Source of the DNA: a virus
Lineage: Duplodnaviria; Caudoviricetes
DNA length: 43,425 nt
Strand: one strand, 5' to 3'
IMG/VR virus record: IMGVR_UViG_3300024181_000008
Location: 1 to 43,425 of that record
Below the pieces are notes generated by a model. The model searched no databases and was not told the DNA's origin. It worked only from the letters and a program-made list of their open reading frames with translations. The position numbers and the translations under genes were made by a program. Each line of letters begins with the position of its first letter. Positions within the stretch are counted from its first letter, which is position 1. This document shows positions 42,643 through 43,425 of this stretch, piece by piece.

Positions 42643-43425
42643 ATGGACGGCGAAGAACTGCTCGTCGAAGTAGGCGGCGAAGGTGGTAACGGTGCTGGTG
42701 ACGGTTCATCTGGGGGCGAAGGCGGCGGCGCTGGCGAGGAAGAAGCAGGCGGCGGCGCTGGTGAAGGGACTGGGGGCGCTGGCGAGGGCGGCGGCGAAGG
42801 CGATGGAACAGGAGCCGGCGACGGTAAGCCTAAACCCGGAGTCTACACCCCGAAGCTTTTCAAAGATCACCTCGCGAAGATCAAAGAATTTGACCCCCAA
42901 AACGCGAAAGCTTTTGAACGCCTGTACTACAAGCTTCAAGGGGTCGACAAGCTCGGCTCGACGCAAGATCTCCAAACCTTCAAAGAGACGATTGAGGCCC
43001 ACGGCGGCGTAGAAGGAATCGCCGAAATGGCCGAACAGGTCGAGGCCTCGCGGCAACTTGAAGAGGGCTTCAAGGCCGGCGACCCGAAGCTCATCGACGG
43101 ATGGGCGAAGGATTACCCGGACGGCTTCAAGAAACTGCTTCTTCCCGCGTTCGACCGGCTCGAGTCGATGGACTCGCAAGCCTGGGAACAGCAAGCGGGA
43201 ACGGTTTCGACGAAGTTCCTGACGAAGTTCGGCGTCTTCGATGCCGTCGGGCAGCTTGGCGCGGCGCTCAAGGACAACAAACCGGAAGAAGCGATTCGGC
43301 TCTATAACGACCTTGTGAGCAAGGTCTTGAAGCCGATGCAAACGCTCGCGCAGAAGGCCGCAAACGACCCGCTCGCAGCCGATCGACAAAAGCTCGAAGC
43401 CGATCGTCAGGAACTTCTAACCCGT
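42643..43425 (+). CDS. 5' part of putative scaffolding protein (MDGEELLVEVGGEGG...), continuing across the junction to 625
   Basis: GAGGT SD; open to the window end; Gly/Glu-rich N-terminus; missed by the ORF track because of the wrap. Confidence 0.8.
   Translation, partial: MDGEELLVEVGGEGGNGAGDGSSGGEGGGAGEEEAGGGAGEGTGGAGEGGGEGDGTGAGDGKPKPGVYTPKLFKDHLAKIKEFDPQNAKAFERLYYKLQGVDKLGSTQDLQTFKETIEAHGGVEGIAEMAEQVEASRQLEEGFKAGDPKLIDGWAKDYPDGFKKLLLPAFDRLESMDSQAWEQQAGTVSTKFLTKFGVFDAVGQLGAALKDNKPEEAIRLYNDLVSKVLKPMQTLAQKAANDPLAADRQKLEADRQELLTR
43299..43425. repeat. 127-bp terminal direct repeat, right copy
   Basis: Identical to 1-127. Confidence 0.95.

Noticed and set aside
1-43298. Stop-codon reassignment
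   Set aside because: TAA, TAG and TGA all end well-formed genes and coding density is high under the standard code
43299-43425. Biological terminal repeat or att site
   Set aside because: Exactly 127 bp and in the middle of a gene; best explained as assembler overlap

Overview
The window is a complete, circularly assembled ~43.3 kb tailed-phage genome. Bases 1-127 recur exactly at 43299-43425, giving a unit length of 43,298 bp. The gene set is podovirus-like: TerS, TerL, portal, scaffold, major capsid, adaptor, a large nozzle-like protein and three ejection-type proteins, with no tape measure or sheath. Every credible gene is on the + strand. There are two apparent transcription units, each starting at a sigma70-type promoter fused to the preceding intrinsic terminator. 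The early unit (~20595-32012) carries an RHH regulator, a pentapeptide-repeat protein, recombination nucleases, a Rad50-like ATPase and a DnaA-domain-IV-like protein. The late unit (~32106, through the origin, to 20493) carries structure, packaging and lysis genes. I could not recognise an integrase, CI-type repressor, DNA polymerase, helicase or primase. The most unusual signals are non-coding: (i) a repeated AATCAGGA leader motif in front of late genes, plus a 66-nt hairpin whose 7-nt loop (CUCCUGA) is complementary to it, including to a second 7-nt loop before terS; (ii) a ~290-nt highly structured RNA before the capsid gene; (iii) an oriC-like cluster of degenerate DnaA boxes next to a DnaA-C-like gene; (iv) a second leader motif marking early genes. 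Protein-level oddities include GroES directly after the capsid gene, two cold-shock proteins, a His-rich/membrane/HiPIP-like trio between terL and portal, and an Ig-domain gene with an internal start and a duplicated beta-strand. The host is probably a high-GC diderm, possibly Acidobacteriota (inference only). All calls come from reading the sequence by eye; no searches or folding programs were run.
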